A stretch of DNA of 64,000 nucleotides from Anaerolineae bacterium (GCA_963675785.1 OY776562.1:2848001-2912000), one strand, 5' to 3'. Positions 17,858 to 27,396 are shown, numbered from the stretch's first letter. The notes: generated by a model not told the origin, from the sequence alone. Program-made: numbers and translations.

Positions 17858-17897
17858 ACTTGGTTGGGTGTGTTTCCTAAAACACACCCAACCAAGT
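17858..17897. repeat. Perfect 18-bp inverted repeat
   Basis: ACTTGGTTGGGTGTGTTT-CCTA-AAACACACCCAACCAAGT. Confidence 0.9.
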
Positions 17898-17927
17898 ATA
17901 CGTGAAGGCAAAGTCCTCCGCAAAGTG

Positions 17928-19082
17928 CTAAGCAGAAGGTTCGAGGAGTTTGTCATAGATGCGATACGTACGGTAGATACGTGCGCCCATCATCTCGATG
18001 CTTCGCCTTACGCGATAGTTATCTTCGAGAATCCACGAGCATTCAATATGGCGCATACCCAGAGAGCGGCCGTAGCGGGCACCTTCTTCATAGAAAACAG
18101 CCTCTATGCCTTTGAGACGGTACTCCTCCAGAACGCCCATAATAAGGATGCGCATACCGTTGATCCGCGGTTTGTACCACAAGAGCTTGGCCCAGCCAAA
18201 TGGCACTATGCGGCCATTCATGTGTTCGAGTACCTGGTTAAAATCTGGGAGGCCCACAAAGACGCCCACAGCTTTGCCATCAATATAGGCAACATAGGTC
18301 AGCTCTGGTTGGTAGAACATTTTTAGTGTGTTGGCTAAATTATTGAATTCGGCATCGGTCATGGGCAATTCGCCCCAGTTCTTTTCCCAGGCGTGCTGAT
18401 AGATAGGCTTGATCTCGGCAATCTTTTCATCAAAGTTGGCTTTGCTAACGTGTTCTATGGTGACATTGAACCGCTGGCGGGCAATTTCAGCTACCTGGTG
18501 TACTTTTTCAGGAACTCCCTCTAGCTCTTCGCCATACTCTTCGAGATCGGCATAATAAGCATAGACATCTTTGCTTTTGGTAAGGCCATATGTTTCATAA
18601 AGCTGCTCATAGTAGGGAGGATTATAAGCCATCAAAATCACAGGTTGACCGGGTTCACCGTCTATGAGCAGCCCTAGAATGTCATTGACATCCATGCTGG
18701 CAGGCCCGCGCATGGCATCCATGCCTTGCTCGGCAAGCCAGTTTCCTGCCGCAGAAAACAGGGCATTGGCCACGTTCTGGTCGTTCACACACTCAAACTC
18801 ACCAAAAAAGCCAATGTTTTCCTTCCAGGTTTTGATGTGCATGTCGTTCACGATCGCGGCGATGACGCCAACTGTCTCTCCATCCGCAAGAGCCCTGAAC
18901 AATTGTACGTGTGCATGTTCATAAAAGGGGTTTTTCTTGAGGTTAAAGTGCTGTTTTCTGTCCATGAGGAGTGGTGGAACCCAATAGGGATCATCTTTAT
19001 AGAGCCTGAAAGGGAATCTGATGAAATCCTTTAAGGCTCGGCGGTCTGTAACTGGTTCGATGATAACATTCTCATAAGGCAT
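17928..19082 (-). CDS. YghO-family double-GNAT acyltransferase (bacterial ceramide synthase-like)
   Basis: [52 protein letters not shown]; ATG 19082 after GGAGA. Confidence 0.8.
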   Translation of the reverse strand: MPYENVIIEPVTDRRALKDFIRFPFRLYKDDPYWVPPLLMDRKQHFNLKKNPFYEHAHVQLFRALADGETVGVIAAIVNDMHIKTWKENIGFFGEFECVNDQNVANALFSAAGNWLAEQGMDAMRGPASMDVNDILGLLIDGEPGQPVILMAYNPPYYEQLYETYGLTKSKDVYAYYADLEEYGEELEGVPEKVHQVAEIARQRFNVTIEHVSKANFDEKIAEIKPIYQHAWEKNWGELPMTDAEFNNLANTLKMFYQPELTYVAYIDGKAVGVFVGLPDFNQVLEHMNGRIVPFGWAKLLWYKPRINGMRILIMGVLEEYRLKGIEAVFYEEGARYGRSLGMRHIECSWILEDNYRVRRSIEMMGARIYRTYRIYDKLLEPSA

Positions 19083-19258
19083 AAGGGCATCTCCCGATGA
19101 TGGGTGGGCTTGAACTCTTGAACACTGGCTATGACTTTTGGATTCGCCCGTGTTCATGTTGGCCATTATAACGTGTTAAAAAAGTCAATCAACCTTTGCC
19201 TTACGACTCTAGTGAGGTTATGATAGCCGGACAGGTTTTACGTGTAAGGAGTATTGAT

Positions 19259-20653
19259 GTGAAGATAGAGTTCTGGGGAGCGGCTAGATCGGTTACCGGT
19301 TCGATGCATCTGCTCACTGTAAACGGAACCAAGATTTTATTGGATTGCGGGCTCTACCAGGGTAGGCGGCAAGAGGCGTTCGAACGTAACCGGAACTTGC
19401 CGTTCGATGCAACTCAAATCGATGCCATGATTCTTTCTCATGCTCATGTTGACCATAGCGGGAATATCCCCAATCTTGTCCATTCCGGGTTCAAGGGGAA
19501 TATCTATGCGACTTTTGCCACCCGGGATTTATGCAGCTATATGCTGCGAGATTCGGCGCATATCATGGAATCGGATGTGTACTATTTGAATAAAAGGCGC
19601 CGTCGAGAGGGGTTGCCGTTGCTTGAGCCCATTTATGAAACTCGGGATGCAACGCGCGCTCTGTCCTATTTTGTTGGCATGGATTATGAGCGAACTATGT
19701 ACGTTGGCCCGGGGGTTAAGCTCACTTTTTATGATGCCGGCCATATTCTGGGATCGTCATTGGTGGTGTTGGATATCGAAGAAGAGGGGCGCTCGTATCG
19801 TCTGTTGTTCACGGGGGACTTGGGGCGTAACGATCTGCTCATCTTGAACGATCCTCAACCAGTCTCTGGCGTCGATTATCTTATCACTGAGAGCACCTAT
19901 GGCACGCGGTTGCATGGCTCACCACTGGTCGCTGAACAAGAGTTGGAGCGAGTAGTCAATGAGACCTACAAGCGGCGCGGTAAACTGATCATTCCTGCCT
20001 TTTCCGTGGGGCGCACCCAAGAGATCGTCTATGCCCTGCATCGCTTGCGGGTGGCTGGCCAGATTCCTTACTTGCCCATCTATGTGGATTCTCCCCTTTC
20101 TACCAATGCCACCGAGGTGTTCCGGCTTCACCCAGAATATTATGATGCCGAAACTTACGAGTTTATGCTCAAATACAAAGATCCCTTTGGATTCAGTCAA
20201 CTTCGCTATATCCGTCAGGTGGAGGACAGCAAAGCACTGAACACACGCACAGAGCCGATGATTATCATCAGTGCTTCGGGCATGTGTGAAACGGGGCGCA
20301 TTCTGCACCACCTGAAGAACAATATCGAAAACCCCAAGAATACTATTCTGTTTGTCTCTTTCCAGGCAGAAAACACACTGGGCCGGCGGATTCGCGATGG
20401 CGCCGAGCGGGTACGTATCTATGGCCAAGAATACGACGTTCGAGCCAAGATCGAGGCTATTGATGGCTATAGCGCTCATGCAGACCGAGCAGAGCTGTTG
20501 GCCTTTGCCGAAAAATCGGGCGGAGCCAGCATCAAAGAGGCATTTGTGGTGCATGGTGAAGAGGAATCGGCCTTGGCCATTGGCGAGGCTCTCAAAGAAA
20601 TGGGCATTGTCCAGGTTGAGGTGCCCGAGCGCGGGCAATCTTTTATCATCTAG
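19259..20653 (+). CDS. Metallo-beta-lactamase/beta-CASP ribonuclease (YSH1-like)
   Basis: SHAHVDHSG, AGHILGS, ESTYG, PAFSVGRTQE, SAHAD, VHGE; GTG 19259 after AAGGAG. Confidence 0.93.
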   Translation: MKIEFWGAARSVTGSMHLLTVNGTKILLDCGLYQGRRQEAFERNRNLPFDATQIDAMILSHAHVDHSGNIPNLVHSGFKGNIYATFATRDLCSYMLRDSAHIMESDVYYLNKRRRREGLPLLEPIYETRDATRALSYFVGMDYERTMYVGPGVKLTFYDAGHILGSSLVVLDIEEEGRSYRLLFTGDLGRNDLLILNDPQPVSGVDYLITESTYGTRLHGSPLVAEQELERVVNETYKRRGKLIIPAFSVGRTQEIVYALHRLRVAGQIPYLPIYVDSPLSTNATEVFRLHPEYYDAETYEFMLKYKDPFGFSQLRYIRQVEDSKALNTRTEPMIIISASGMCETGRILHHLKNNIENPKNTILFVSFQAENTLGRRIRDGAERVRIYGQEYDVRAKIEAIDGYSAHADRAELLAFAEKSGGASIKEAFVVHGEEESALAIGEALKEMGIVQVEVPERGQSFII

Positions 20654-20666
20654 AAAAGCGTAAAAT

Positions 20667-20698
20667 GAAACCGGAGGGTCTTAGGACTCTCCGGTTTC
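20667..20698. terminator. Hairpin between convergent genes
   Basis: GAAACCGGAGGGTC-TTAG-GACTCTCCGGTTTC. Confidence 0.6.
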
Positions 20699-21259
20699 GC
20701 TTTGAAGGGGTAATTCCAGATCGTTTTCCCAAACGCTTCCCTGGCGTTGTCGAAGAAGTGACAAGGTGCTGGAGATAAAGCCAACATTCAACTTGATCGA
20801 TTGCGTACGCTGGGTGAATTCCCTCATCTCAGCTTCCGAAAGGCCCAGCCCCAGGGTTACATGAGGCATGTACTGATCGATCGTCCAGGCGCGAAATTGC
20901 TCACTCTCGGGCGTAACGGCCTCGGCAAAAGTTTCGAGCAAGTCGTTATGCAACGCAATATACGGAGAAGGATCAGCGATGCCCAGATAAGGTGTGCTGA
21001 TATCGCCGTCCCTAAAAGTTCCAATGGTGTTAAGCACCGTGTATAGAGGGAGATAATCTTTAAGCAGGGTAGAGGCACGCTGGATTCCTTGGTCAAAAGC
21101 ATCTTGATGAGCAATAATCGCAGGCCCCAAAACGGAGATATGGTATCCCATAGCAGGACGCGTCGTGCCTACGATGGTCAGGAACGAATCCTCGATTAAG
21201 ACTTCAGTCTTGCGTTCTAGCCTAACGGCAAAAAGAATGCGCTCTGGACGAGGAGGCAC
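20681..21259 (-). CDS. 2H phosphoesterase (2'-5' RNA ligase superfamily)
   Basis: Two HxS/T motifs: YHISV and PHVTL. Confidence 0.82.
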   Translation of the reverse strand: MPPRPERILFAVRLERKTEVLIEDSFLTIVGTTRPAMGYHISVLGPAIIAHQDAFDQGIQRASTLLKDYLPLYTVLNTIGTFRDGDISTPYLGIADPSPYIALHNDLLETFAEAVTPESEQFRAWTIDQYMPHVTLGLGLSEAEMREFTQRTQSIKLNVGFISSTLSLLRQRQGSVWENDLELPLQSETGES

Positions 21260-21292
21260 GGGGGCTCCTTTGACTGTGTGATCATATCTATT

Positions 21293-21769
21293 CTAATAGA
21301 CCACAGCCATTGTGCAAGGGGTCAGATCTTTTAGGTGTGAGAGTAATGCCCGGAGCTCTTTGACTACATTCCTTCTTTCGCGAGGATCGAGCGGCAAGGC
21401 TCGATATTCGTCCGTATCATCCAAAACGAAGGATTTGTCTGGCAAGATGATGACATCCAGGGCCAGATCAGTCCAGATGAGGGTGTTTTCTTGGATGACG
21501 GCCGGACGAGTTAGATTACAGTACCAGCCCCGCAGTTTACCATCGGGAGCATGGATTTCCATGATATTGAACCAGCGATTATGAGGGTAGTACTCGATGA
21601 ACGTATCGCCATGCAAGACGTCAAAGGGACCTAACATTCAGGTATCATGATCCCAGCGGCAGCGGAGGACCGTTTCATGCTCGTTTTGCGTGACGAGATG
21701 CCCTTTATAGCTGGTCACATAATCTCCATGATGGTCACATTTGGTAATGAGCCAAGTATTATTGGTCAT
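21293..21769 (-). pseudogene. DUF402 (FomD/Ntdp-like) protein interrupted by an in-frame TGA
   Basis: ATG 21769 overlaps the ABC ATPase stop (ATGA); MTNNTWLITK...RCRWDHDT* continues in frame as MLGPFDVLHGDTFIEYY...WYCNLTRP...DLALDV; TGA at 21640-21638. Confidence 0.75.
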
Positions 21770-22536
21770 AGGGTAATCCCCAGTGAGGCGAGAAGATTGT
21801 TTCGCAGTGTAGAGAACTCGGCTGTGCTGACTAGGTGTTGGTGCCGAGGCCTAGGTAAATCGACGGCGAGTTCTGCAACAACGTGGGTTGGCCTTGGCGA
21901 AAGCGCATAGACGCGATCAGCCAGGAGTAGGGCTTCGTCTACGTCGTGGGTAACCAGCACCATGGTGAGTTCTAGACGCTGCCATATTTGGGCCAGCCAG
22001 TCGCGCATCTGTAAGCGGGTCAGGGCATCCAGGGCACCCAGGGGCTCGTCCAGCAGCACCAACTCTTGGTGGCAGAGGAGTGTTCGCAGCAGGGCAGCAC
22101 GCTGGCGCATCCCGCCGGATAAGGTAAAAGGTAGAGATCCCTCGAACCCGCTAAGGCCAAAGAGCGGTAAAAGCTCTCTGGCCTCCTTTTCTGCGCTAGA
22201 ACGATCTACACCCATCACCTCGGGGCCAAGCAGTACGTTATCTAAAAGATTCCTCCAGGGCAACAGCAGATCATGCTGGGGCATATACCCCACATTGCCC
22301 AGAAGGGAGAGCCCAGGGTTTTCTTCTAGGGCAATCTCTCCCTCATCTACTTTCAAAAGGCCAGCGAACATGTTCAGCAGGGTACTCTTGCCGCAACCGG
22401 ACGGCCCGACGATGGCCACGAACTCACCGTGTTGAATCGACATGTTGATATCGTCAACGACCAGCATTTGCTGTTCATTCACAACAAAGGATTTAGAGAT
22501 ATGCCTGGCGCTAAGAAGTGACAGTTGGTTATCCAT
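21766..22536 (-). CDS. ABC transporter ATP-binding subunit (ThiZ/TauB-like)
   Basis: GPSGCGKST, LSGGMRQR, LLDEPLGALD, VTHD; real start ATG 22536. Confidence 0.93.
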   Translation of the reverse strand: MDNQLSLLSARHISKSFVVNEQQMLVVDDINMSIQHGEFVAIVGPSGCGKSTLLNMFAGLLKVDEGEIALEENPGLSLLGNVGYMPQHDLLLPWRNLLDNVLLGPEVMGVDRSSAEKEARELLPLFGLSGFEGSLPFTLSGGMRQRAALLRTLLCHQELVLLDEPLGALDALTRLQMRDWLAQIWQRLELTMVLVTHDVDEALLLADRVYALSPRPTHVVAELAVDLPRPRHQHLVSTAEFSTLRNNLLASLGITL

Positions 22537-22537
22537 A

Positions 22538-23518
22538 CTATTTTGGCAGGAATTCGTTAGTGAAAGCAGCGGCCGGATCGATTTCCTTAGCCAATAATCC
22601 GTTATCGTACATCCAGGCGGCAAAGGTGCTCCATTTTTCGGGATCCTGAATGCCCCAAGAGTCTGCGTCATCCTGATAGCGGGGGCTGAGCCAGGCCTGG
22701 CTGGCCTGGGCCAATTCAGCATCGGTTTCTGGCGAGTACTTGAGCAGGATTTCAGCGGCTTTATCAGGATTTTCAATAGCGTATTCGTACCCGCGGGCCG
22801 TGGCGCGCATAAAGCGCTCAACCAAATCCGGGTTATTGGCGATGGTACTCTCGCCAGAGATGATCACCGGCGTATAGTAATCAGGGAGACAGTCGCCGTA
22901 CAGTGGTACACTGACGAGTTCGACACCCTGCAACTCGGCCTGAATGCCATCCCATCCGAGGAATATCCAAGCTAAATCGACTTGTCCACCCACTAGAGCA
23001 GGATAGGCATCAAATCCCACATCCACAAACTCGATCTTGGAAGCATCCGCGTCCTCACAAGCCATCAGACCTTCCAGAATGGGCGCTTCGATAGGCAGGC
23101 TATAGGAAGCATAGGTCTTGCCTTCGAAATCGGCAGCGCTCTCGATGCCCGAGCTGGCCAACGCAGCAAAAGCCGAAGTATTGTGTTGGATGATGGCACC
23201 AATGGACACCACGGGAATGTCGTTGGATCTGGCGACTGTCACCTCTTCTTCAAAGCTCACGCCGAACTCGGTGTTACCGGCACCAACCTGCTTGAGCGCT
23301 GCCGAGGGATCGGAGGGGATCTGAATCTCCAAGTTGATACCCTCTTCTTCGTACCAACCCTTATCCAAAGCCACGTAAAAGCCAGTATGATTGGTGTTGG
23401 GCACCCAATCCAACGAAAGGACAGCCGACTCTAGATCATCCTCGGTTGATGAACAAGCCGCCAGCGGCATAATCAGCATGATGGCGACAATAACATAGAG
23501 CAATAGGTTCTTTTTCAT
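22538..23518 (-). CDS. NMT1/THI5-like ABC substrate-binding lipoprotein (ThiY-like)
   Basis: Lipobox LAAC, LDWVPNTNHTGFYVA, DYYTPVI, AFTNEFL. Confidence 0.9.
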   Translation of the reverse strand: MKKNLLLYVIVAIMLIMPLAACSSTEDDLESAVLSLDWVPNTNHTGFYVALDKGWYEEEGINLEIQIPSDPSAALKQVGAGNTEFGVSFEEEVTVARSNDIPVVSIGAIIQHNTSAFAALASSGIESAADFEGKTYASYSLPIEAPILEGLMACEDADASKIEFVDVGFDAYPALVGGQVDLAWIFLGWDGIQAELQGVELVSVPLYGDCLPDYYTPVIISGESTIANNPDLVERFMRATARGYEYAIENPDKAAEILLKYSPETDAELAQASQAWLSPRYQDDADSWGIQDPEKWSTFAAWMYDNGLLAKEIDPAAAFTNEFLPK

Positions 23519-24336
23519 TTGTCTCCAATCTCCTCCCAAACTTCTTGCTTGGAAGATTCAAAAAACCAGGGGATGGTCAATCGTTCGATGATGGATACCA
23601 ACGCAAATAGAGCAATGCTGATGATCGAAGTGACCAAAATGCTGGCGAACACCCAGTCTGTACGGAACGAGTTGGTAGCACGCAGCATGAAAATGCCCAG
23701 TCCTTTACTAGCGCCGACCCATTCACCCAAGATAGCTCCCACCACGCTATAGGTGATGCCGATGCGGATGCCGGAAAAGATGATGGGCAGCGCGCCGGGA
23801 ATGCGCACCTTGAAGAGGAGTTGCTTTTGGCTGGCCCCCATGGTGCGCAATAGGTTCACCAATTCACGGTCGCTGGCGCGCAGGCCATCGGCGGTGCTGA
23901 TGACGATGGGGAAGAAGCAAACCAGCGCTACCACAATGACTTTGGGCAGAATGCCATAGCCGAACCAGATGGCCAGAATAGGAGCTATGGCCACCGTGGG
24001 TATGGTTTGTGAAGTTACCAACAAGGGGTAGAGAGCTTTTCTAGCCGTTGGTGAAAGATCAATGAGAAATCCCAACCCCAACCCCAGCATTAGGGCGGCA
24101 GAAAAGCCGAGCAGTGTCTCCAAAAAGGTCTGCCAGATATGCGGCGAGAGCACATCCCACGATTCCACCAGACTTTTCAAGATGTCGATGGGCGAGGGCA
24201 GCAGCCAGCTTTGCACATCGAAAATCATCACGCCGAGTTGCCACAACACAGCCAGCAATAGAACGACCAATACTGCCGGCAGCCAATTGGCGGTCTGTCG
24301 CCAGGCATGAGTCCGTTGAGGTGATCTTGGACTCAT
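23515..24336 (-). CDS. ABC transporter permease (ThiX/TauC-like)
   Basis: LLPSP, SQTIP.VAIAP..IWFGYG, GASQKQ..KVRIPGALP, GEWVG. Confidence 0.92.
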   Translation of the reverse strand: MSPRSPQRTHAWRQTANWLPAVLVVLLLAVLWQLGVMIFDVQSWLLPSPIDILKSLVESWDVLSPHIWQTFLETLLGFSAALMLGLGLGFLIDLSPTARKALYPLLVTSQTIPTVAIAPILAIWFGYGILPKVIVVALVCFFPIVISTADGLRASDRELVNLLRTMGASQKQLLFKVRIPGALPIIFSGIRIGITYSVVGAILGEWVGASKGLGIFMLRATNSFRTDWVFASILVTSIISIALFALVSIIERLTIPWFFESSKQEVWEEIGDK

Positions 24337-24602
24337 CTGCCGCTCTCCTCACTATTTAGCGAGAGGGGGCAGGTGTTGGAAAGCGTGCATTGCATCACCA
24401 CAGCGTATTGGGCCGCCACGCGGCTGAACATAGCATTCAGTGCTGCTTGAACAGCTTCCATTTCGCCGCTGATCAGCGTGCTCATGGTGCCGATCTGATA
24501 ATCGACCTCATATTCCTGCAAGACGCTGATAGCCAAGTCGATAGCCGGCGCTAGATTATCGCTTCCTAGTGGATAGACGCTCACCTGTGCACTGACAATC
24601 AT
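24333..24602 (-). CDS. YkoF/thiamine-binding protein
   Basis: AQVSVYPL, GTMSTLISG; lies in the TPP-controlled operon. Confidence 0.85.
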   Translation of the reverse strand: MIVSAQVSVYPLGSDNLAPAIDLAISVLQEYEVDYQIGTMSTLISGEMEAVQAALNAMFSRVAAQYAVVMQCTLSNTCPLSLNSEESGR

Positions 24603-25285
24603 GATTTATCCCCCCGTATGACAAGCAGAGCGCCTTTACCTCTGCAAAAGACTTGGCCCAGCCTTTCCACGAAATGCCCCCACCAGGGTGCGGCGCCGTT
24701 TGGCCCATAGAATACCGAACTACTCCAGCGTGTTTGGCAAGCGGGCAGCAGGGCAGCGAGTTCGGAGGCGCTGTAATAGCGAGCGTAAGCAAAGGGCGTC
24801 TCGCTCTGTGATGCTTCCTGATCACGGGCGGCGGCCCAAGAACTGCGACTGTTGAGCACGCCCAGCACCAGACGTCCGCCTGGTTTGAGCACGCGCAGCA
24901 TCTCTTGAACAGCTGCCTGGGCGTCGGCCATGAATTCGAGCGCCGTGATGCAGGTTATCAGGTCAAAAGAACCATCTCCAAAGGGGAGGGTATCTGCTGA
25001 GCCAAGGTGCCAGTCCACAGCGTCGGTTTTGGCGCAGGCCACCTCGTACATGGCAGCTGAGGCATCGATGGCGGTTACGTCGAGCCCCAACTCATTCAAC
25101 AGGCAGGCGAAATGGCCTGTTCCAGTGCCCACGTCCAAGGCTTTTTCTCTCGCACGCGGCTGGGCCAGGCGCAAGATGAGCCGCGTTTCCAGTTCGTCGG
25201 TCAGGGCTCCAGCGGGCGTTTCGAACCAGGCGTCATATCCACGCGCCAGAGGTTGTGCTTCCCAGGGATTAATGTGTTCTGTCAT
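24599..25285 (-). CDS. Class I SAM-dependent methyltransferase
   Basis: LDVGTGTG, LPFGDGSFD, RVLKPGG; ATGA-type overlaps on both sides. Confidence 0.9.
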   Translation of the reverse strand: MTEHINPWEAQPLARGYDAWFETPAGALTDELETRLILRLAQPRAREKALDVGTGTGHFACLLNELGLDVTAIDASAAMYEVACAKTDAVDWHLGSADTLPFGDGSFDLITCITALEFMADAQAAVQEMLRVLKPGGRLVLGVLNSRSSWAAARDQEASQSETPFAYARYYSASELAALLPACQTRWSSSVFYGPNGAAPWWGHFVERLGQVFCRGKGALLVIRGDKS

Positions 25286-25941
25286 TGCCCACTTCCTTGC
25301 CGGGGGGTATGGATAGCCAACAGCGTACCCTGCTGAATTTCGACAGTGGCAACGGAACCTGTGAAAACGTTGCTGATGCCCCGTGCGGCACCTACGCGCA
25401 GGGGTTCATCGATGAGTGGGTAGTAAAGGCCCGCTGTGCGTACACCGGTCACATCGCCACCCAGCGGCACAAGCGAGAGCAGATCTCCCGGCTCGCCCTT
25501 TATTTCTGCACAGTCGTGGATGATAAAGACAAAAGATTCGCCGTCATAGATGGCAACCTTTAGCTCTTTGAGCACGTCCATATAGAGCAAAAGAATGTTG
25601 GCGAGCAGATGATCGACACGGCCGCCCGTGGCCCCGAGGAGGGTGATTTCGGAGGGATTCAGGCTAGCAGCCAAGATTAGGGCCAATTCAGCATCGGTCT
25701 CATTCTTTTCTGGCGGATATCTCTCAATACGGCAACCAGCGGCTTGGCAGGCGAGAAGAGCTTCTTGTGTGGCCGAGTCGAGGTCGCCAATGAGAACATT
25801 CGCTATCCGCCCGTTGGCATGCAGCCAGTTGATGCCGCCGTCAGCCGCAATGATATAATCGCAGCTATCGAGTAGCGCTAATTGATACTCTGGCCATGGG
25901 TATTTACCGTTGAGAACAACGGCGATATGTCGGTAGGTCAT
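25282..25941 (-). CDS. thiN: Thiamine pyrophosphokinase
   Basis: AADGG, GDLDS, EKNETDAELA, GGRVDH, GLYYPL, GISN. Confidence 0.93.
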   Translation of the reverse strand: MTYRHIAVVLNGKYPWPEYQLALLDSCDYIIAADGGINWLHANGRIANVLIGDLDSATQEALLACQAAGCRIERYPPEKNETDAELALILAASLNPSEITLLGATGGRVDHLLANILLLYMDVLKELKVAIYDGESFVFIIHDCAEIKGEPGDLLSLVPLGGDVTGVRTAGLYYPLIDEPLRVGAARGISNVFTGSVATVEIQQGTLLAIHTPRQGSGQ

Positions 25942-25960
25942 AGTTCACTATCCTCAGATG

Positions 25961-25997
25961 AAACAAAAACCGCCCAGTCCTGAAGGGACTGAACGGC
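25961..25997 (-). terminator. Terminator in the TPP riboswitch expression platform
   Basis: Minus strand GCCGTTCAGTCCC-TTCA-GGACTGGGCGGT-TTTTGTTT, just before the thiN RBS. Confidence 0.8.
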
Positions 25998-26018
25998 ACG
26001 AATTATGCTTGCGCATAC

Positions 26019-26103
26019 TGCTTCCCTACGCTGGTATAATCCAGGTCAGGTAGTAGGAGTCGATGACAGATGTCATCCTCTCAGCCGTTGGGCTCCCCCA
26101 GCA
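26019..26103 (-). ncRNA. TPP riboswitch (THI element)
   Basis: Minus strand TGCTGGGGGAGCC..GGCTGAGAGG...ACCTGACCTGGATTATACCAGCGTAGGGAAGCA; promoter TTGACG-17-TAGTAT at 26153-26125. Confidence 0.96.
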
Positions 26104-26229
26104 AAACTATTCATTTATAAACTCATACTAGCCCCGTTAACACCTGGCGTCAAGAATTGAACCTGTTCGCTGCGGCTTGCTTGCTATGTTATAATCGCCA
26201 CGTTGCACCCAGAATGAGGAGTAAAAGTT

Positions 26230-27360
26230 ATGCCCAGAATAGTTCGCAATAAGTCATATATCATCCTAATGCTGGTTTTAGCACTGACTCTGGCCGTTTT
26301 GGTTGGCTGTGGTGATGATGGTGCGACGGTATCCTCGACGGATGCAGAGCAGACAGTGTTACCCACCTTTACACCTTTCCCTACAGCTACACCTACCGCA
26401 GCTGCGACGGCAACACCTGTACCTACGGATACACCGGAACCTACGCCTACGCCGAATCCCAATGTTAACCCCTTGACGGGACTAGTGGTTGATAATCCCG
26501 AATTGTTGAATCTACGCCCTATTGCTTTTCGCGTGGGCAACGACCCAATAGCGCGTCCGCAAGATGGCCTTTCCTCTGCCGCCGTAGTTTGGGAAGAGGT
26601 AATGGAAGGATATAGTATCACCCGCTTTACGGCGATCGTCTATGGTGAAGAGGTCGAGATGGTGCGCCCGATCCGTAGCGCACGCCTGAGTAGCATTCAG
26701 ATTGCTCCCATGTACGATGCAGCTTTGGCTCACTCGGGCGCCAGCGACACGATTCGCTGGCTCATCTCGCAGGCCTCATTCGTCAACCTCGATGAATATT
26801 ATACCCAGACTGGCTATCACTATTTAGGCGCCGACTGGCGCACGCGGCTCTATGCTGACCCCGCAGAGCTTCACGAGTACCTGGCGGATAACGATCTGGA
26901 GCGCTCAGAACCCATCGAAGGTTATACGTTCGATGAGACCGTGCCCTTGGGCTCCACCGCCGAGAGCATCCATATCCCTTATCCCAGCACGTGTTTTGTG
27001 GATTGGAAATATGACGCTGAAACGGATACTTATCTACGCTGGGTAACGAATGTGATTCACGCCGATGGCCTGACGGGTGAGCAGTTGGCGGCTGATAACG
27101 TGGTCATCCTCTATGCTGTCCATGGCACAACGAATATTGTTGAGGATACCAATGGGGCTACGGCCATCGACATTCAACTGACGGGTACTGGCGATGCGGT
27201 GCTCATCCGTAATGGTGTAGCGGTCGAGTGTCAGTGGATTCGTCCTGATGATGGCGGACTGCTTCAGTTTTATGATGAAGACGGCGAACTCGTGCCGCTC
27301 AAGCCTGGCAAAACCTGGATTGAGATGGTGCCGCCTGATTACGACGTCACCATCGAATAA
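26230..27360 (+). CDS. DUF3048 (YerB-like) lipoprotein with Pro/Thr-rich linker
   Basis: Lipobox LVGC, PT repeats, NPLTG, ARPQDGL, ITRF, PIRSAR, LKPGKTWIE. Confidence 0.88.
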   Translation: MPRIVRNKSYIILMLVLALTLAVLVGCGDDGATVSSTDAEQTVLPTFTPFPTATPTAAATATPVPTDTPEPTPTPNPNVNPLTGLVVDNPELLNLRPIAFRVGNDPIARPQDGLSSAAVVWEEVMEGYSITRFTAIVYGEEVEMVRPIRSARLSSIQIAPMYDAALAHSGASDTIRWLISQASFVNLDEYYTQTGYHYLGADWRTRLYADPAELHEYLADNDLERSEPIEGYTFDETVPLGSTAESIHIPYPSTCFVDWKYDAETDTYLRWVTNVIHADGLTGEQLAADNVVILYAVHGTTNIVEDTNGATAIDIQLTGTGDAVLIRNGVAVECQWIRPDDGGLLQFYDEDGELVPLKPGKTWIEMVPPDYDVTIE

Positions 27361-27366
27361 AGTGGT

Positions 27367-27396
27367 GAGGGGGAGACCAAAGTCTCCCCCTCTGTT
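27367..27396 (+). terminator. Probable intrinsic terminator
   Basis: GAGGGGGAGAC-CAAA-GTCTCCCCCTC-TGTT. Confidence 0.7.

Noticed and set aside
22537-22821. 95-aa N-terminal extension of the ABC ATPase
   Set aside because: It overlaps the SBP gene out of frame; the real start is ATG 22536 right after the SBP stop
22538-23518. THI5-type HMP-P synthase call
   Set aside because: It has a lipoprotein signal, sits between permease and ATPase, and lacks the CCCXC motif, so it is a binding protein
26350-26465. Repetitive ACx/CCx tract
   Set aside because: Explained by the Pro/Thr linker of a lipoprotein; not a DNA repeat array or CRISPR
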